Position numbers and translations under genes: made by a program
Shown: positions 27,053 through 37,109 of the stretch, piece by piece
Layout of the letters: each line of letters begins with the position of its first letter
Numbering within the stretch: position 1 is the stretch's first letter
The notes under the pieces: model-generated
Seen by the model: the letters and a program-made list of their open reading frames with translations, nothing else
Told to the model about the DNA's origin: nothing
Database searches by the model: none
Origin: an uncultured virus (IMG/VR IMGVR_UViG_3300032226_001346)
Lineage: Duplodnaviria; Heunggongvirae; Uroviricota; Caudoviricetes
Virus record (IMG/VR): IMGVR_UViG_3300032226_001346
DNA length: 64,000 nucleotides
Strand: one strand, 5' to 3'

Positions 27053-28644
27053 CTAAAACACAATATTTTACACAAGAATTAGAGAATCAAATTAAATCAA
27101 ATCGTTCTCTTATATATGTCACCACGCATGAAGAGCACAGAATTGATGATGTTATACAAAAAGTAGCTTGTGATCGCGCGAAACCTTGGTCTTTAATATT
27201 TTGGGATATAGCCTCAGGTGCACTATCTAATACATCTGCGTTTAAAGTGGGGTTAAATCAAGATCAAAGTGATATTTTATCATGGTTTGAAGAATTAATA
27301 GTAGAAAAAGATGATTTTTGTATTCTGGTGTTGCATGATTTTTATAAGTTTCTTGCCCCAGATGGTCATCCAGGGCAAGTAGAAATTTCAACTATTAGAG
27401 CCTTAAAAAATCTTGTTGAAAAATGCAACACAGAAAGAAAATGTGTAATCATAACAGGGGCTAAATATTTTATGCCATTAGAGTTTGAAAAATTGGTATT
27501 TTTACTTGATTGGCCATTGCCAGAAAAATCAATTATTCAGGATAAATTTGAAAAACTACTAGTTCAAATTGCCAATAAATCGGATTTAAGAAAGAAATTC
27601 AAAACTGAATACACGCAAATAGAAACAGAAAATATAATTGGGGCTTTTCAGGGACTATCTTTGCGCGAAATAGAAATGATTTCTACATATTTTATTCTAA
27701 CCTCAGAAGAATTTGATGCAAAAAAGATTGCCAGCAAAAAAAAAGATATTATTAAAAAATCTGGTATTCTTGAGTGGATTGATCTGGAGTATGATTTATC
27801 TGGTGTGGGTGGATTAGCAAATCTTAAAAGCTGGCTTCATAAACGCAAAAATGCTTTTACAGAATCTGCTGCGCAATATGGATTGCCTGAAAATCCAAAA
27901 GGATTATTGATTATTGGGATTCAGGGTGGCGGAAAATCTCGTGCCAGCAAGGCTATCGCATCCTATTGGTCTCTTCCTTTATTAAGATTGGATATAGGAA
28001 AAATTTTTTCTGGCATCGTTGGTTCGAGTGAAGAGAATTTAAGATCTGTCATAAAAACTGCTGAATCTGTTGCCCCTTGTATTATGTGGCTTGATGAAAT
28101 AGATAAAGCTTTTTCAAGTACGAATTTTTCATCAGATTCAGGCACATCTTCTAGAATATTTGGGACATTTTTAACATGGATGCAAGAGAAAAAAGCTCCG
28201 GTTTTTGTTGTTGCCACCGCGAATGATGTTAGTAATTTACCACCTGAGTTAATACGTAAAGGGCGGTTTGATGATATATTTTTTGTTGATTTACCAGATG
28301 ATGATGAAAGATCTGAAATATGGGAAATTCATCTCAAACAAAGAAATTTTAATTTACATGATTTTCATTTGCCATCATTAGTAGAACATTCTATTGGCTT
28401 TACTGGAGCTGAAATTGAAGCTGCAATAATTTCAGCAATGTATGAAGGATTTTCTGATGAAATGAGACCGATAAACACCGTAGATATACTAAGAGAGTTA
28501 AAAGAATCTGTTCCAATTTATATAACAATGAAAGAAAAAATAGAAGCATTGAGAAAATGGGCTTCTCTCAGAGCCAGAAATGCATCAAAAGCAAAAATTT
28601 CAGTGGTTGTAAATGAAAAAACAGCAAAAGAAGAACAATTATGA
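27040..28644 (+). CDS. AAA+ ATPase (Ycf46-like)
   Basis: VGGL.NLK.WL, Walker A GIQGGGKS, GSSEENL, Walker B WLDEIDK, ATAN, RKGRFD. Confidence 0.85.
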   Translation: MGKITKTQYFTQELENQIKSNRSLIYVTTHEEHRIDDVIQKVACDRAKPWSLIFWDIASGALSNTSAFKVGLNQDQSDILSWFEELIVEKDDFCILVLHDFYKFLAPDGHPGQVEISTIRALKNLVEKCNTERKCVIITGAKYFMPLEFEKLVFLLDWPLPEKSIIQDKFEKLLVQIANKSDLRKKFKTEYTQIETENIIGAFQGLSLREIEMISTYFILTSEEFDAKKIASKKKDIIKKSGILEWIDLEYDLSGVGGLANLKSWLHKRKNAFTESAAQYGLPENPKGLLIIGIQGGGKSRASKAIASYWSLPLLRLDIGKIFSGIVGSSEENLRSVIKTAESVAPCIMWLDEIDKAFSSTNFSSDSGTSSRIFGTFLTWMQEKKAPVFVVATANDVSNLPPELIRKGRFDDIFFVDLPDDDERSEIWEIHLKQRNFNLHDFHLPSLVEHSIGFTGAEIEAAIISAMYEGFSDEMRPINTVDILRELKESVPIYITMKEKIEALRKWASLRARNASKAKISVVVNEKTAKEEQL

Positions 28645-29354
28645 TTTCCACCAATTTATTAAATAATGAAGAGTTTATCGAAATCAATTTAAGAAGAAAA
28701 TTATCAGAAATATATATTCAGTCGGGTATACCAGTAAAGTATCATTTTGAAAATCTAGAAAAATCTTGGTCTACAGAATTTTCGCCATCACAAAAACTTT
28801 CAGGTCTAGCAAAAGAAAGATCAAAGCTTGTTAAAAAAATTATTGGCGCTTATATTGATTATTTAGATGGCATATTAAATGCAAAAGGGCTAAGATTAAA
28901 GTTTAAAGATAATTATATTTTTCTTACTGATATGATTTTGGATGGCGGAAAAGAATCTGGAAAAACATTTTTGCTGTCTTTGATTGCCCAAGCTGCCATC
29001 AATAAAGGATATAAGGTGAAATATGTAAGTTGGGTCGATTATCTTGATAGATTTCAATCTTTTGAAACAAGAAATAATAATGAAGATTTTTTTGCAGAAT
29101 GTACAGAGGTGGATCTGCTTATATTGGATTCAATTTCAGATTATAATATCAACATAAACAGTAAATTTTTTATTATTCAACTAGATAGACTATTGTCAAA
29201 TAGATTAGATAAAGGCAAAACTACTATTTGCTCAGTTGATTCCCAAAATAATGCGATGCCAGTATTTGGGAATATTTGGAATCGTTTTACACGAGAAACT
29301 TTTAAGTTGCATTTGCCGGGATCATTAAATGAAAATAACACAAAGAGACCTTGA
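28641..29354 (+). CDS. DnaC/IstB-like helicase loader ATPase
   Basis: SGIP, GGKESGKT, DLLILD; immediately upstream of dnaB. Confidence 0.7.
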   Translation: MISTNLLNNEEFIEINLRRKLSEIYIQSGIPVKYHFENLEKSWSTEFSPSQKLSGLAKERSKLVKKIIGAYIDYLDGILNAKGLRLKFKDNYIFLTDMILDGGKESGKTFLLSLIAQAAINKGYKVKYVSWVDYLDRFQSFETRNNNEDFFAECTEVDLLILDSISDYNININSKFFIIQLDRLLSNRLDKGKTTICSVDSQNNAMPVFGNIWNRFTRETFKLHLPGSLNENNTKRP

Positions 29355-30822
29355 ATTAAAAATACTCAAATGCATTATTACATTTGATAATGCAATTTAC
29401 ATTGCATCTGAAAGGGCTTTAAAGGAGTATCATTTTAAAACCAAAGAGCCAGGCATAGAACAATCTTTAACAAGTAAAATTTTCAAGTTAAGTCAGGAGT
29501 ATTCTGAAGCTCATGGAGGTTATAAGCTTACAGAAACTGTTTTGGAAACTTTACTTCAAAAGAAAAATGTATCCGAACAAACACAGGCAAAATTCTTATC
29601 TCTTTGGTATGAAATTGTTGACACTGATGCCACATTGGATGATTTACCTATGTTAATTCAGCTTATGAAAGATCGTCAATGCAAAGTTCTTTTAAGCGAC
29701 ATGTTTGAAAAAAATGCGCCTTTAGTAGAGAATGATAATATCAAGGCGGCGATGGTTAACATGCTTGAATGCATGAACGGCATGAACGATGAACAGGATG
29801 AATTTCATAAAGAAAAAGAATCTTTTGATATGGCTGAAGCCTCAAATTTCTTTTTAAAAGAATACGATGAGCGGCTTAATAATCCAGATTTATTCAAAGG
29901 TATCACATGTGGGATGTCTCAGATAGACCAAAAGACGCTTGGTTTTTATCCTTCACAGTTGATTGTTGTATTAGCCCCTTCGTCGGGTGGCAAAAGTGTT
30001 CAAATGCTTAATTGGGCAATTCACGCTAATACTGTGTGTAAGAAAAATGTTCTTTATTTTTCTTTTGAAATGTCTTCGTGGCTTTGTAAACTTAGGCATG
30101 CTTGTCTTCTTGGCGAAATTAATTACGAAAAAGTTAAAGGACTAAGAATGTCTGCAGAAGAGAAAAAAGCACTTGCAGATAAATTCAGTGAGATGGAAAA
30201 TGGCCCATATTTTGAATACGAAGTGAGCTTTGAAGATCCTACGCCTGAATTCGTTGAACAAAAAATTAGAGATTTAAAAAACACCAAAGGCATGCCTGAT
30301 CTTGTAGTGGTAGACTATATAGGCAACATGCATTCAAGAAGTACACCTAAAGGAGCTAAGGCTTGGGAAAAGAATGGCGATGCCATAGAAGGATTGTTTA
30401 AGATCGCTAAAAGATTCAATATTCCTGTAATTACAGCTCAACAAATTAACCGATCTACCATCACAGAAAATAGAAAAAACAAAGAAAGTGGAAAATCTGC
30501 AGCTTATTATCAAGATGCAGCATCTGGTGATCAAAGATTAATGCATCTTGCAACTTATGTTATTGGTATGGAGCCCAATCGCGACGAGAATATTTGTTGG
30601 TATCACCCTGTTAAAATGCGTGATGCCTGGTTTCAGCCATTTGCCGCTCGATGGGTTTCAGAATACAACAAGGTAATTGAGCTATCTGATTCTCAGCAAG
30701 CTGCCTTGAGTGTCATTAAATCAGCAGATATTAAATCTTCTTCTGCTGATTTTAAAAAGAATGTACCAGATGTAGAGCCTTTGGAAATCAACCTTACAGA
30801 TTGGGGGCTTGACGATGCATGA
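29329..30822 (+). CDS. dnaB: replicative DNA helicase DnaB
   Basis: GITCG...ID, APSSGGKS, FSFEMS, VVVDYI, ITAQQINR, KMRD. Confidence 0.88.
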   Translation: MKITQRDLELKILKCIITFDNAIYIASERALKEYHFKTKEPGIEQSLTSKIFKLSQEYSEAHGGYKLTETVLETLLQKKNVSEQTQAKFLSLWYEIVDTDATLDDLPMLIQLMKDRQCKVLLSDMFEKNAPLVENDNIKAAMVNMLECMNGMNDEQDEFHKEKESFDMAEASNFFLKEYDERLNNPDLFKGITCGMSQIDQKTLGFYPSQLIVVLAPSSGGKSVQMLNWAIHANTVCKKNVLYFSFEMSSWLCKLRHACLLGEINYEKVKGLRMSAEEKKALADKFSEMENGPYFEYEVSFEDPTPEFVEQKIRDLKNTKGMPDLVVVDYIGNMHSRSTPKGAKAWEKNGDAIEGLFKIAKRFNIPVITAQQINRSTITENRKNKESGKSAAYYQDAASGDQRLMHLATYVIGMEPNRDENICWYHPVKMRDAWFQPFAARWVSEYNKVIELSDSQQAALSVIKSADIKSSSADFKKNVPDVEPLEINLTDWGLDDA

Positions 30823-31324
30823 TCTTAAAGAATTAAATAATTTATTTGATGCAGAAATTTGGCTCCGAGATAATTATGGCTGTGAATTTTATCCATCCAG
30901 CAATGGATGGATAACTTCCTCTTGTCCTTTTGATGACCATGAAGATTCCAGTCCATCTTTTGGAATTAATAAAGAAAAATATATATTCAATTGCTTTGGA
31001 TGCGGGAAAAATGGCGACTTTATTAATCTCGTACAATTAATTACTGGTTTTGATTTTTCCAAAACTATTAAATTTATGGCTGAATATTCAAATATAAATT
31101 TAAAAGATTATAGTAGTGATGATTTTGTTTATACTAAATTTCGAAAAGCATTTGAAGAAATTGAAAATGAATCAATTAAAAACAAAAGATTAATTCGCAG
31201 GGCTACATTAAAAATCAAAAAACATTTGAAAGTTGATTTTGGACAGGCTGACCAAATGTATAAAGAATTAGATAATTTAATTACACAAGAAGACTACAAA
31301 CAAATATCAAAAAAATTTTTATGA
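30815..31324 (+). CDS. stand-alone primase zinc-binding domain (CHC2)
   Basis: CPFDDHEDSSPSF...FNCFGCG..GD.I; no TOPRIM domain. Confidence 0.85.
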   Translation: MHDLKELNNLFDAEIWLRDNYGCEFYPSSNGWITSSCPFDDHEDSSPSFGINKEKYIFNCFGCGKNGDFINLVQLITGFDFSKTIKFMAEYSNINLKDYSSDDFVYTKFRKAFEEIENESIKNKRLIRRATLKIKKHLKVDFGQADQMYKELDNLITQEDYKQISKKFL

Positions 31325-31617
31325 AAGAACTTATTGACCCTTTAACCACAAAACTTATTGCTCCTGAAACTTTAGAAATTATTCAATCTAGAATAGAACA
31401 TTTAATGGGTAATCCACCAAATGTTGTTTGTGTTAATGTTATTTTGAATGATATTAGCGCTATGAAATTTCAGATTGTTAAGGAAATTATAATGAATACC
31501 GCAAGTGTAACTGAACAAGAGGCGGAATGGTATATACTTATGGCTGGAGTAGAATCTGAACTAAAAAAGCTCGCTTTGTTAGGCGTAAGAAAAGATGAAC
31601 CTGGAACTAACGATTAA
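31321..31617 (+). CDS. hypothetical protein
   Basis: 98-aa ORF with overlapping start/stop. Confidence 0.5.
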   Translation: MKELIDPLTTKLIAPETLEIIQSRIEHLMGNPPNVVCVNVILNDISAMKFQIVKEIIMNTASVTEQEAEWYILMAGVESELKKLALLGVRKDEPGTND

Positions 31618-32200
31618 TATAAATGCTATACCATATGTAATCCAAAACAATCTTCACGTTGAATATTTTATCTGGAATATTCTTAGAAAAATTGATTCTT
31701 CTGGGATTCAGTCAACTGAAGTTTTGCGCAAAGAATTATTTTTGAAATCTACGATTAATAACATGAATGATAGCATTTTTTTTTCAAAAAAGCAAAATAT
31801 AATCTATCTTAAAGGAAGAAAAAATTTTACAAAGTTCTGGGGAAAAAATTATTATAGTTGTAATTTAAACGAAATTGCAAAATTTGCCCGTAAAAAATCT
31901 TATAATAGTGAGAAAATTCATAAAAAATGGAATTCCACTTTAATTAAATATTTTCTTATTAGTATATATGCCTCTAGATATCAAAAAGATAAACCATTTG
32001 CACTTGAATTAATTTCTAAAGATTTATCTACAAGCACAAGAACTATTCAAAGGGCATTAAAAGTATTTGGAGTAGAAAGAATGATAGTAATACAAGATAG
32101 TTACAGCCCACGATCTTATCGCTATGGTGGCAAAGAAATAAATTTATCTCCCAATTATTATTGGATGCCGATAGGCAAAAATATTAAGTTGAAATTTTGA
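31595..32200 (+). CDS. basic helix-turn-helix protein
   Basis: ALELISKDLSTSTRTIQRALK HTH-like segment. Confidence 0.5.
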   Translation: MNLELTININAIPYVIQNNLHVEYFIWNILRKIDSSGIQSTEVLRKELFLKSTINNMNDSIFFSKKQNIIYLKGRKNFTKFWGKNYYSCNLNEIAKFARKKSYNSEKIHKKWNSTLIKYFLISIYASRYQKDKPFALELISKDLSTSTRTIQRALKVFGVERMIVIQDSYSPRSYRYGGKEINLSPNYYWMPIGKNIKLKF

Positions 32201-32254
32201 ATCGAATCTTGAAACAGATGAAATAGCAGATATTTTATCGTATTATAAATAACC

Positions 32255-35200
32255 ATGTGTAATAAAGATTTTGTCCACCTGCACGCACATTCTTTCTACT
32301 CTGTGCAAGATAGTTTACCTTCTCCAGAAAAGCTTATTTTGGGTGCTAAATCATTAGGTCAAACAGCTATGGCTCTTACCGATCACGGAAAAATGGCTGG
32401 TCATTTTGAATTTGCTGAAGCTGCACACAAAAATGGAATTAAACCAATTTTGGGATGCGAGTTTTATTTGGCAAAAAACAGATATGATAAAAGCACTACT
32501 GCTGAAGATGGAAGCAAAAAGGGAAGAGAAAAACTTTCTCATCTTACGGTTTTAGCGCAAAATAGAATTGGTTATCAAAATATGCTTCAATTAGGCTTTG
32601 AAGCATCTAATCCAGATTGTTATTATTATTTCCCCAGAATTGATTTTGAATACCTCGCAAAATACAACGAGGGCTTAATTGTGTTGTCGGGATGCCTAGC
32701 TTCAGAGCTAAATCAAGCTTTGCTGAAAGGCAGCTACGATGATGGATTAAAAGTGGCGAAAAAATACAAAGAAGTATTTGGCGATAGATATTTCATCGAG
32801 CTCCAATACCATGGAATTGAAGAGCAAAAACACAATCTGCCCTCGTTGGTTAAAATGGCAAGAGAGCTTGATATTCGAACTGTTGCATCGAATGACGTTC
32901 ATTATGTTGAGGCTGTAGACTGGAAGCTTCACGATGTACTTATTCAAATGAAAGACTTGAGAGATGATAAAGGAAGTAATAAGGCGACAAGTGGAAAAAA
33001 AGAAGCTTATGGCTCCCACCAATTTTGGCTGAAATCATATGAAGAAATGTCCAAAATATTTGGTGAAAAAGCTCCAGATTCAATTTCTAATACAAAATTA
33101 ATCGAGGAGATGGTGGAGGACTATTATCAAGTAGACTTGCCGCATATGCTTCCTGAAGCCAAGATTGCAACGGAGGACGCTGGCTTCCAGAAATTTTGGG
33201 CTTCTAAATTACAACATCACGAATCAAAAGAAGCCTACCTTGCATATCAAGCCATGAAAGGGTTGAAAGATCTTGGGCTTGCAGATAAACCAGAGTATAT
33301 TAAAAGACTTAAATATGAAATAGAAACTGTATGGTACATGGGTGTTACCGACTATTTCTTGATTCAAAAAGAAATGGTAGATTTCATGAAAGAAAATGAT
33401 ATTCTTTATGGAATTCGAGGATCTGGTGTAGGATCACTTTTGAATTATTCTTTGGGAATCTCTCTTGCCGACCCTATTAAATTTGGATTAATGTTTGAAA
33501 GATTTCTTAATCCTGGACGTGGAAATCAATATAAAATCGACCTTGAAGATTTTGTTTTACCTGAAGATCATGAATACAACGAAATTGAGTGTTTAAATTG
33601 GGCTAAGCTAAAATGTAAAGAATTTCTTTCTAAGCCAGAAAACTCAAAATATGAATCTCGTGTTTCAAGAGAAATGTGGATTCTTGAGAACCAAAAGTAT
33701 GTTGTTGATTTGAAAGCCGCATTTGACCAAGGATTTACGCTTAAAAATAATTCTTCCAATTTTTTTGCGTTTTATATTTTGGGATTGATTGATCAAATAC
33801 CCACAGGGGATCTTATTATCAAGAAAGTGGCTGGCTTGCCAGATATTGATACAGATATCGATGATTCAAGAAGGTATGAGGTTATTGAATGGGCTAAAAA
33901 AAGATTCGGCGAAGATAATGTTAAATCCGTTGGTACATGGGGCACATATAAAGCTAAAGCGGCTATTCTTGGCACGCTAAAAACTTCTGATAAATTTAAA
34001 AAACAGTATAGTGACAATATTGCACAGATGGCATTAAAAATATCGGGCACAATTCCCAGCAAAGTGGGCACCACGATAGAGTCGGCAATCAACGAAAGTG
34101 AAGATTTTTCTTATTGGGCTAAAAAATTCCCGGAAGAAACTAAAAATGCTTCAAACCTCAATGGTGTTATTTCTAATCTAGGTGTCCATGCGGCGGCAGT
34201 GGTTATTTCAAGTAAGCCAATACATCAAGTGGTTCCAATTGAGAACTCAAAAGGGACGCTTGCCACTGCGTTTGATATGAAAAATGTTGAGCGAACAGGC
34301 ATTATTAAATTTGACTTATTGGGTCTTGCCACATATCGCCAGCTTTCGTTGGCGATCAAACAGATTAAAAAGCGCCACAACGTGAGTATAGATTTAAGGA
34401 AAATACCCCTAGATGACGAAAAAGTGCTCAAAAATATTTTTTCTAAAGGGAACACAGTAAGTGTTTTTCAATTTTCTGGACCTGGTATGCAGAAATGGCT
34501 CAAGGAAGTGAAAGCGTCCACAATGGATGATTTAATTGCTGTTGCAGCCCTGTACCGCCCTGGACCTATGGATTTTATTCCAGATTATGCAAAAGGAAAA
34601 TTTAAACCTGAATCTATTAAATACGCACATCCAATTATAGAGAAACATCTTGCTCCAACATACGGAATCATGGTTTATCAAGAACAAGCAATGTTTCTTT
34701 CGCGTGAGATGGCAAATCTAGATTGGATTGAAGTAGATAAGCTCAGAAAGGGTATTGCCAAAAAAGAAGGTAAGCAATTTGATGAAGCATGTGAAAATTT
34801 TGCGACAAAATCTTTACAGAGAAATATACCTGATCATTCAGTTCATGAAGTTATGAATTTGATGAAGAAGTTTGGAGGATACGCTTTCAATAAATCACAC
34901 AGTTGTATGTATGCAATTGTTGGATACTGGACTGCTTATTTAAAATATTATTACCCTTCTGAATGGATGTCTGCTTGTATCGAAGCAGACAAAGATGACA
35001 CTGATAAGTTAGACATTTATATGGCTGAATGTGAAAGATTAAATGTAAAGATTATGCCACCTAACGTAAATGAATCTGGTTTGATAACTAATGTATCACA
35101 AGATGGAACCATCTATTTGCCGATCACTTCTCTCAAAGGGGTGGGTAGCAGTGGCTTAAGTATTATTGAAAATCAACCATATACTAGCCTCGACGATTTC

Positions 35201-35455
35201 TTGGAAAGATCGGGTGTAAATAAATCATTATTTGTCGCTCTTACCGCAGGCGGGGCATTAAATTGTCTTGTCAAAGACGAAGAAGTAGATGATGATTATT
35301 TATTAGATTTTTGGGAATTATATTCAAAAAATAAAGTCAAATCCAAGAAAGCCAACGTAAATAATAATAGCTTAAGTTTGCTAACCTTAAAAAAATTGGA
35401 AAATAATTTCTCACAATCTGGGTTAAGCTTACTCGATGCACTTGATGAATTATGA
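32255..35455 (+). CDS. dnaE: DNA polymerase III alpha subunit (family C)
   Basis: PHP domain (HLHAHS, TDHG, SGCL, NDVH), RGSG, PDIDTD, GVHAAAVV, KFDLLGL, YQEQ, YAFNKSH. Confidence 0.95.
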   Translation: MCNKDFVHLHAHSFYSVQDSLPSPEKLILGAKSLGQTAMALTDHGKMAGHFEFAEAAHKNGIKPILGCEFYLAKNRYDKSTTAEDGSKKGREKLSHLTVLAQNRIGYQNMLQLGFEASNPDCYYYFPRIDFEYLAKYNEGLIVLSGCLASELNQALLKGSYDDGLKVAKKYKEVFGDRYFIELQYHGIEEQKHNLPSLVKMARELDIRTVASNDVHYVEAVDWKLHDVLIQMKDLRDDKGSNKATSGKKEAYGSHQFWLKSYEEMSKIFGEKAPDSISNTKLIEEMVEDYYQVDLPHMLPEAKIATEDAGFQKFWASKLQHHESKEAYLAYQAMKGLKDLGLADKPEYIKRLKYEIETVWYMGVTDYFLIQKEMVDFMKENDILYGIRGSGVGSLLNYSLGISLADPIKFGLMFERFLNPGRGNQYKIDLEDFVLPEDHEYNEIECLNWAKLKCKEFLSKPENSKYESRVSREMWILENQKYVVDLKAAFDQGFTLKNNSSNFFAFYILGLIDQIPTGDLIIKKVAGLPDIDTDIDDSRRYEVIEWAKKRFGEDNVKSVGTWGTYKAKAAILGTLKTSDKFKKQYSDNIAQMALKISGTIPSKVGTTIESAINESEDFSYWAKKFPEETKNASNLNGVISNLGVHAAAVVISSKPIHQVVPIENSKGTLATAFDMKNVERTGIIKFDLLGLATYRQLSLAIKQIKKRHNVSIDLRKIPLDDEKVLKNIFSKGNTVSVFQFSGPGMQKWLKEVKASTMDDLIAVAALYRPGPMDFIPDYAKGKFKPESIKYAHPIIEKHLAPTYGIMVYQEQAMFLSREMANLDWIEVDKLRKGIAKKEGKQFDEACENFATKSLQRNIPDHSVHEVMNLMKKFGGYAFNKSHSCMYAIVGYWTAYLKYYYPSEWMSACIEADKDDTDKLDIYMAECERLNVKIMPPNVNESGLITNVSQDGTIYLPITSLKGVGSSGLSIIENQPYTSLDDFLERSGVNKSLFVALTAGGALNCLVKDEEVDDDYLLDFWELYSKNKVKSKKANVNNNSLSLLTLKKLENNFSQSGLSLLDALDEL

Positions 35456-36096
35456 GCGACTTTATAGAAAGTATTATAGATTGGGATAAATTTGACGCTA
35501 GTTCAAATGTATCCCAAAGAATTTCAGGAGTAACAAAAGAAGCGATTGAGTTGGAGGTGGAAATTTGGAACAAACAACTAAAGTTTCTTTCTCCTCTTAA
35601 TATTCAGGAGATAAAAAAAGAAATTAATGAATGGGATATTTCAATCCCATCTAGTTTAGATTTTGAAAATATTGCATCTTCCTATTCTAGATTAGTGAAT
35701 TATAAAACTAGAATTTCCAAATTGTTAGCTGACGCAAAAGCATGGAGAGATACTTGTGAAACTGCGATTAATTATCTTGAAGATTTGGCACCAGGCGCTT
35801 TTACAGGCACTGGACCAGACAAAAAAGCTAATGCGGCCCACATTATTCAACCTTTTGTTCATTTAAAAACACAATCATCAAGATTGGAAAATTATCTTGA
35901 CAAGATGCATGGTAGCATCATGTTTTGCGCTCAACAATTAGATCTTCTTATCAAAGAGAAACAATCACGGGCAAAATTTAATTATAAATTAAGTCATCAA
36001 GGGGAAGGGATTATATCTAATTCCCATTCACAACCTGAAATTTTTGAAGAAGATGGTGAAATTTTTACATCTATTTCTTCAAAAAAATCACGATAA
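35452..36096 (+). CDS. hypothetical helical protein (possible recombination mediator)
   Basis: 214 aa between dnaE and ssb/recA; function inferred from context only. Confidence 0.4.
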   Translation: MSDFIESIIDWDKFDASSNVSQRISGVTKEAIELEVEIWNKQLKFLSPLNIQEIKKEINEWDISIPSSLDFENIASSYSRLVNYKTRISKLLADAKAWRDTCETAINYLEDLAPGAFTGTGPDKKANAAHIIQPFVHLKTQSSRLENYLDKMHGSIMFCAQQLDLLIKEKQSRAKFNYKLSHQGEGIISNSHSQPEIFEEDGEIFTSISSKKSR

Positions 36097-36233
36097 ATTA
36101 TTTGATTAATTAAAACTAAGGGGATTTGTCAATATCCCTGCTTTATATCTATTAATGAGCTGTGAAGCAAGTATAACCTTTAAAGGTTGACAATTGACGA
36201 TATTCAATGACTTCGTAAGTCCAAAGGAAAAAT

Positions 36234-37109
36234 ATGAAAAGAGTAACATACAAATCAATCACCGAACGTAAGAATAATTCTGAATATTCTGACCTACCCA
36301 AACTCAGAGATATACTTGTTGATCTCTCAGTAAAGAGCACTCCAAAAGTAGAAAGAAAATTGCGATTGGTTGGTCTACCAATTAAATTCTATGAATATAA
36401 TGATAAAAAGCGACTACCTGGCGAAAAGAATAAGACTGAAAAAGTTCCCTTTCCAGACGCTGATAAAACAAAAATGATCACTCGTATCGGCGCTTTCACG
36501 CAAAGAGAAGATGGATCAGATGATCGATCAATGTGCCCTTGGTATCAAGCTGGGTATATTGGGTCACGAAAATTTGCTGTAAAGTGCTTTGAGCAACAGC
36601 CAGACAAAACTTGGCTTCCAAAGATTCTCTGCAAAGGACCATCAGTTTTTGATGAATTTGGAAAATGGGAGCAAAATCAATTAATTAATCTTGAAGAAGA
36701 TCCTTCATTGTGTACATTCTTGGGTGGTGATTTAGCTCCAGTGGTTAGAATCGTAGCAACAGCTGATGATTCTAAGCTCGGTGGAGTAGATTATAGCGTT
36801 TTCGCGGGATCTGTAAACGTAGAAATCAACGAAGATATGATCAATATGCTTCGCAAGATTTATGAGCCCAAGGCAGATGATCTTAATAAATTGCGCTCTG
36901 AATATTTGGCAGACCTAGAAGAAGATGAGTCTCTTCCTGAATGGCGAGATTACTTTGAATATGGCTATGACCTTCGAAGAATCTTTAAATACACACCTCC
37001 AATCGGCGAAAAGAATGCCGAGCAAGAATCAGCTTCAGGAACCGAAGCAAACGATGTAGTTTCTTCGGAAGTAGAGGAAACAACAGAGCTAGAGGATCTT
37101 AACTGGTAA
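36234..37109 (+). CDS. putative single-stranded DNA-binding protein (gp32-like)
   Basis: KLRLV...CPW...KFAV...KIL..GPSVF pattern, acidic tail ending ELEDLNW, adjacent to recA. Confidence 0.55.
   Translation: MKRVTYKSITERKNNSEYSDLPKLRDILVDLSVKSTPKVERKLRLVGLPIKFYEYNDKKRLPGEKNKTEKVPFPDADKTKMITRIGAFTQREDGSDDRSMCPWYQAGYIGSRKFAVKCFEQQPDKTWLPKILCKGPSVFDEFGKWEQNQLINLEEDPSLCTFLGGDLAPVVRIVATADDSKLGGVDYSVFAGSVNVEINEDMINMLRKIYEPKADDLNKLRSEYLADLEEDESLPEWRDYFEYGYDLRRIFKYTPPIGEKNAEQESASGTEANDVVSSEVEETTELEDLNW

Noticed and set aside
33521..33835. Intein in DnaE (also considered for the TerL insert)
   Set aside because: No N-terminal Cys/Ser block or C-terminal HN-C/S/T motif.
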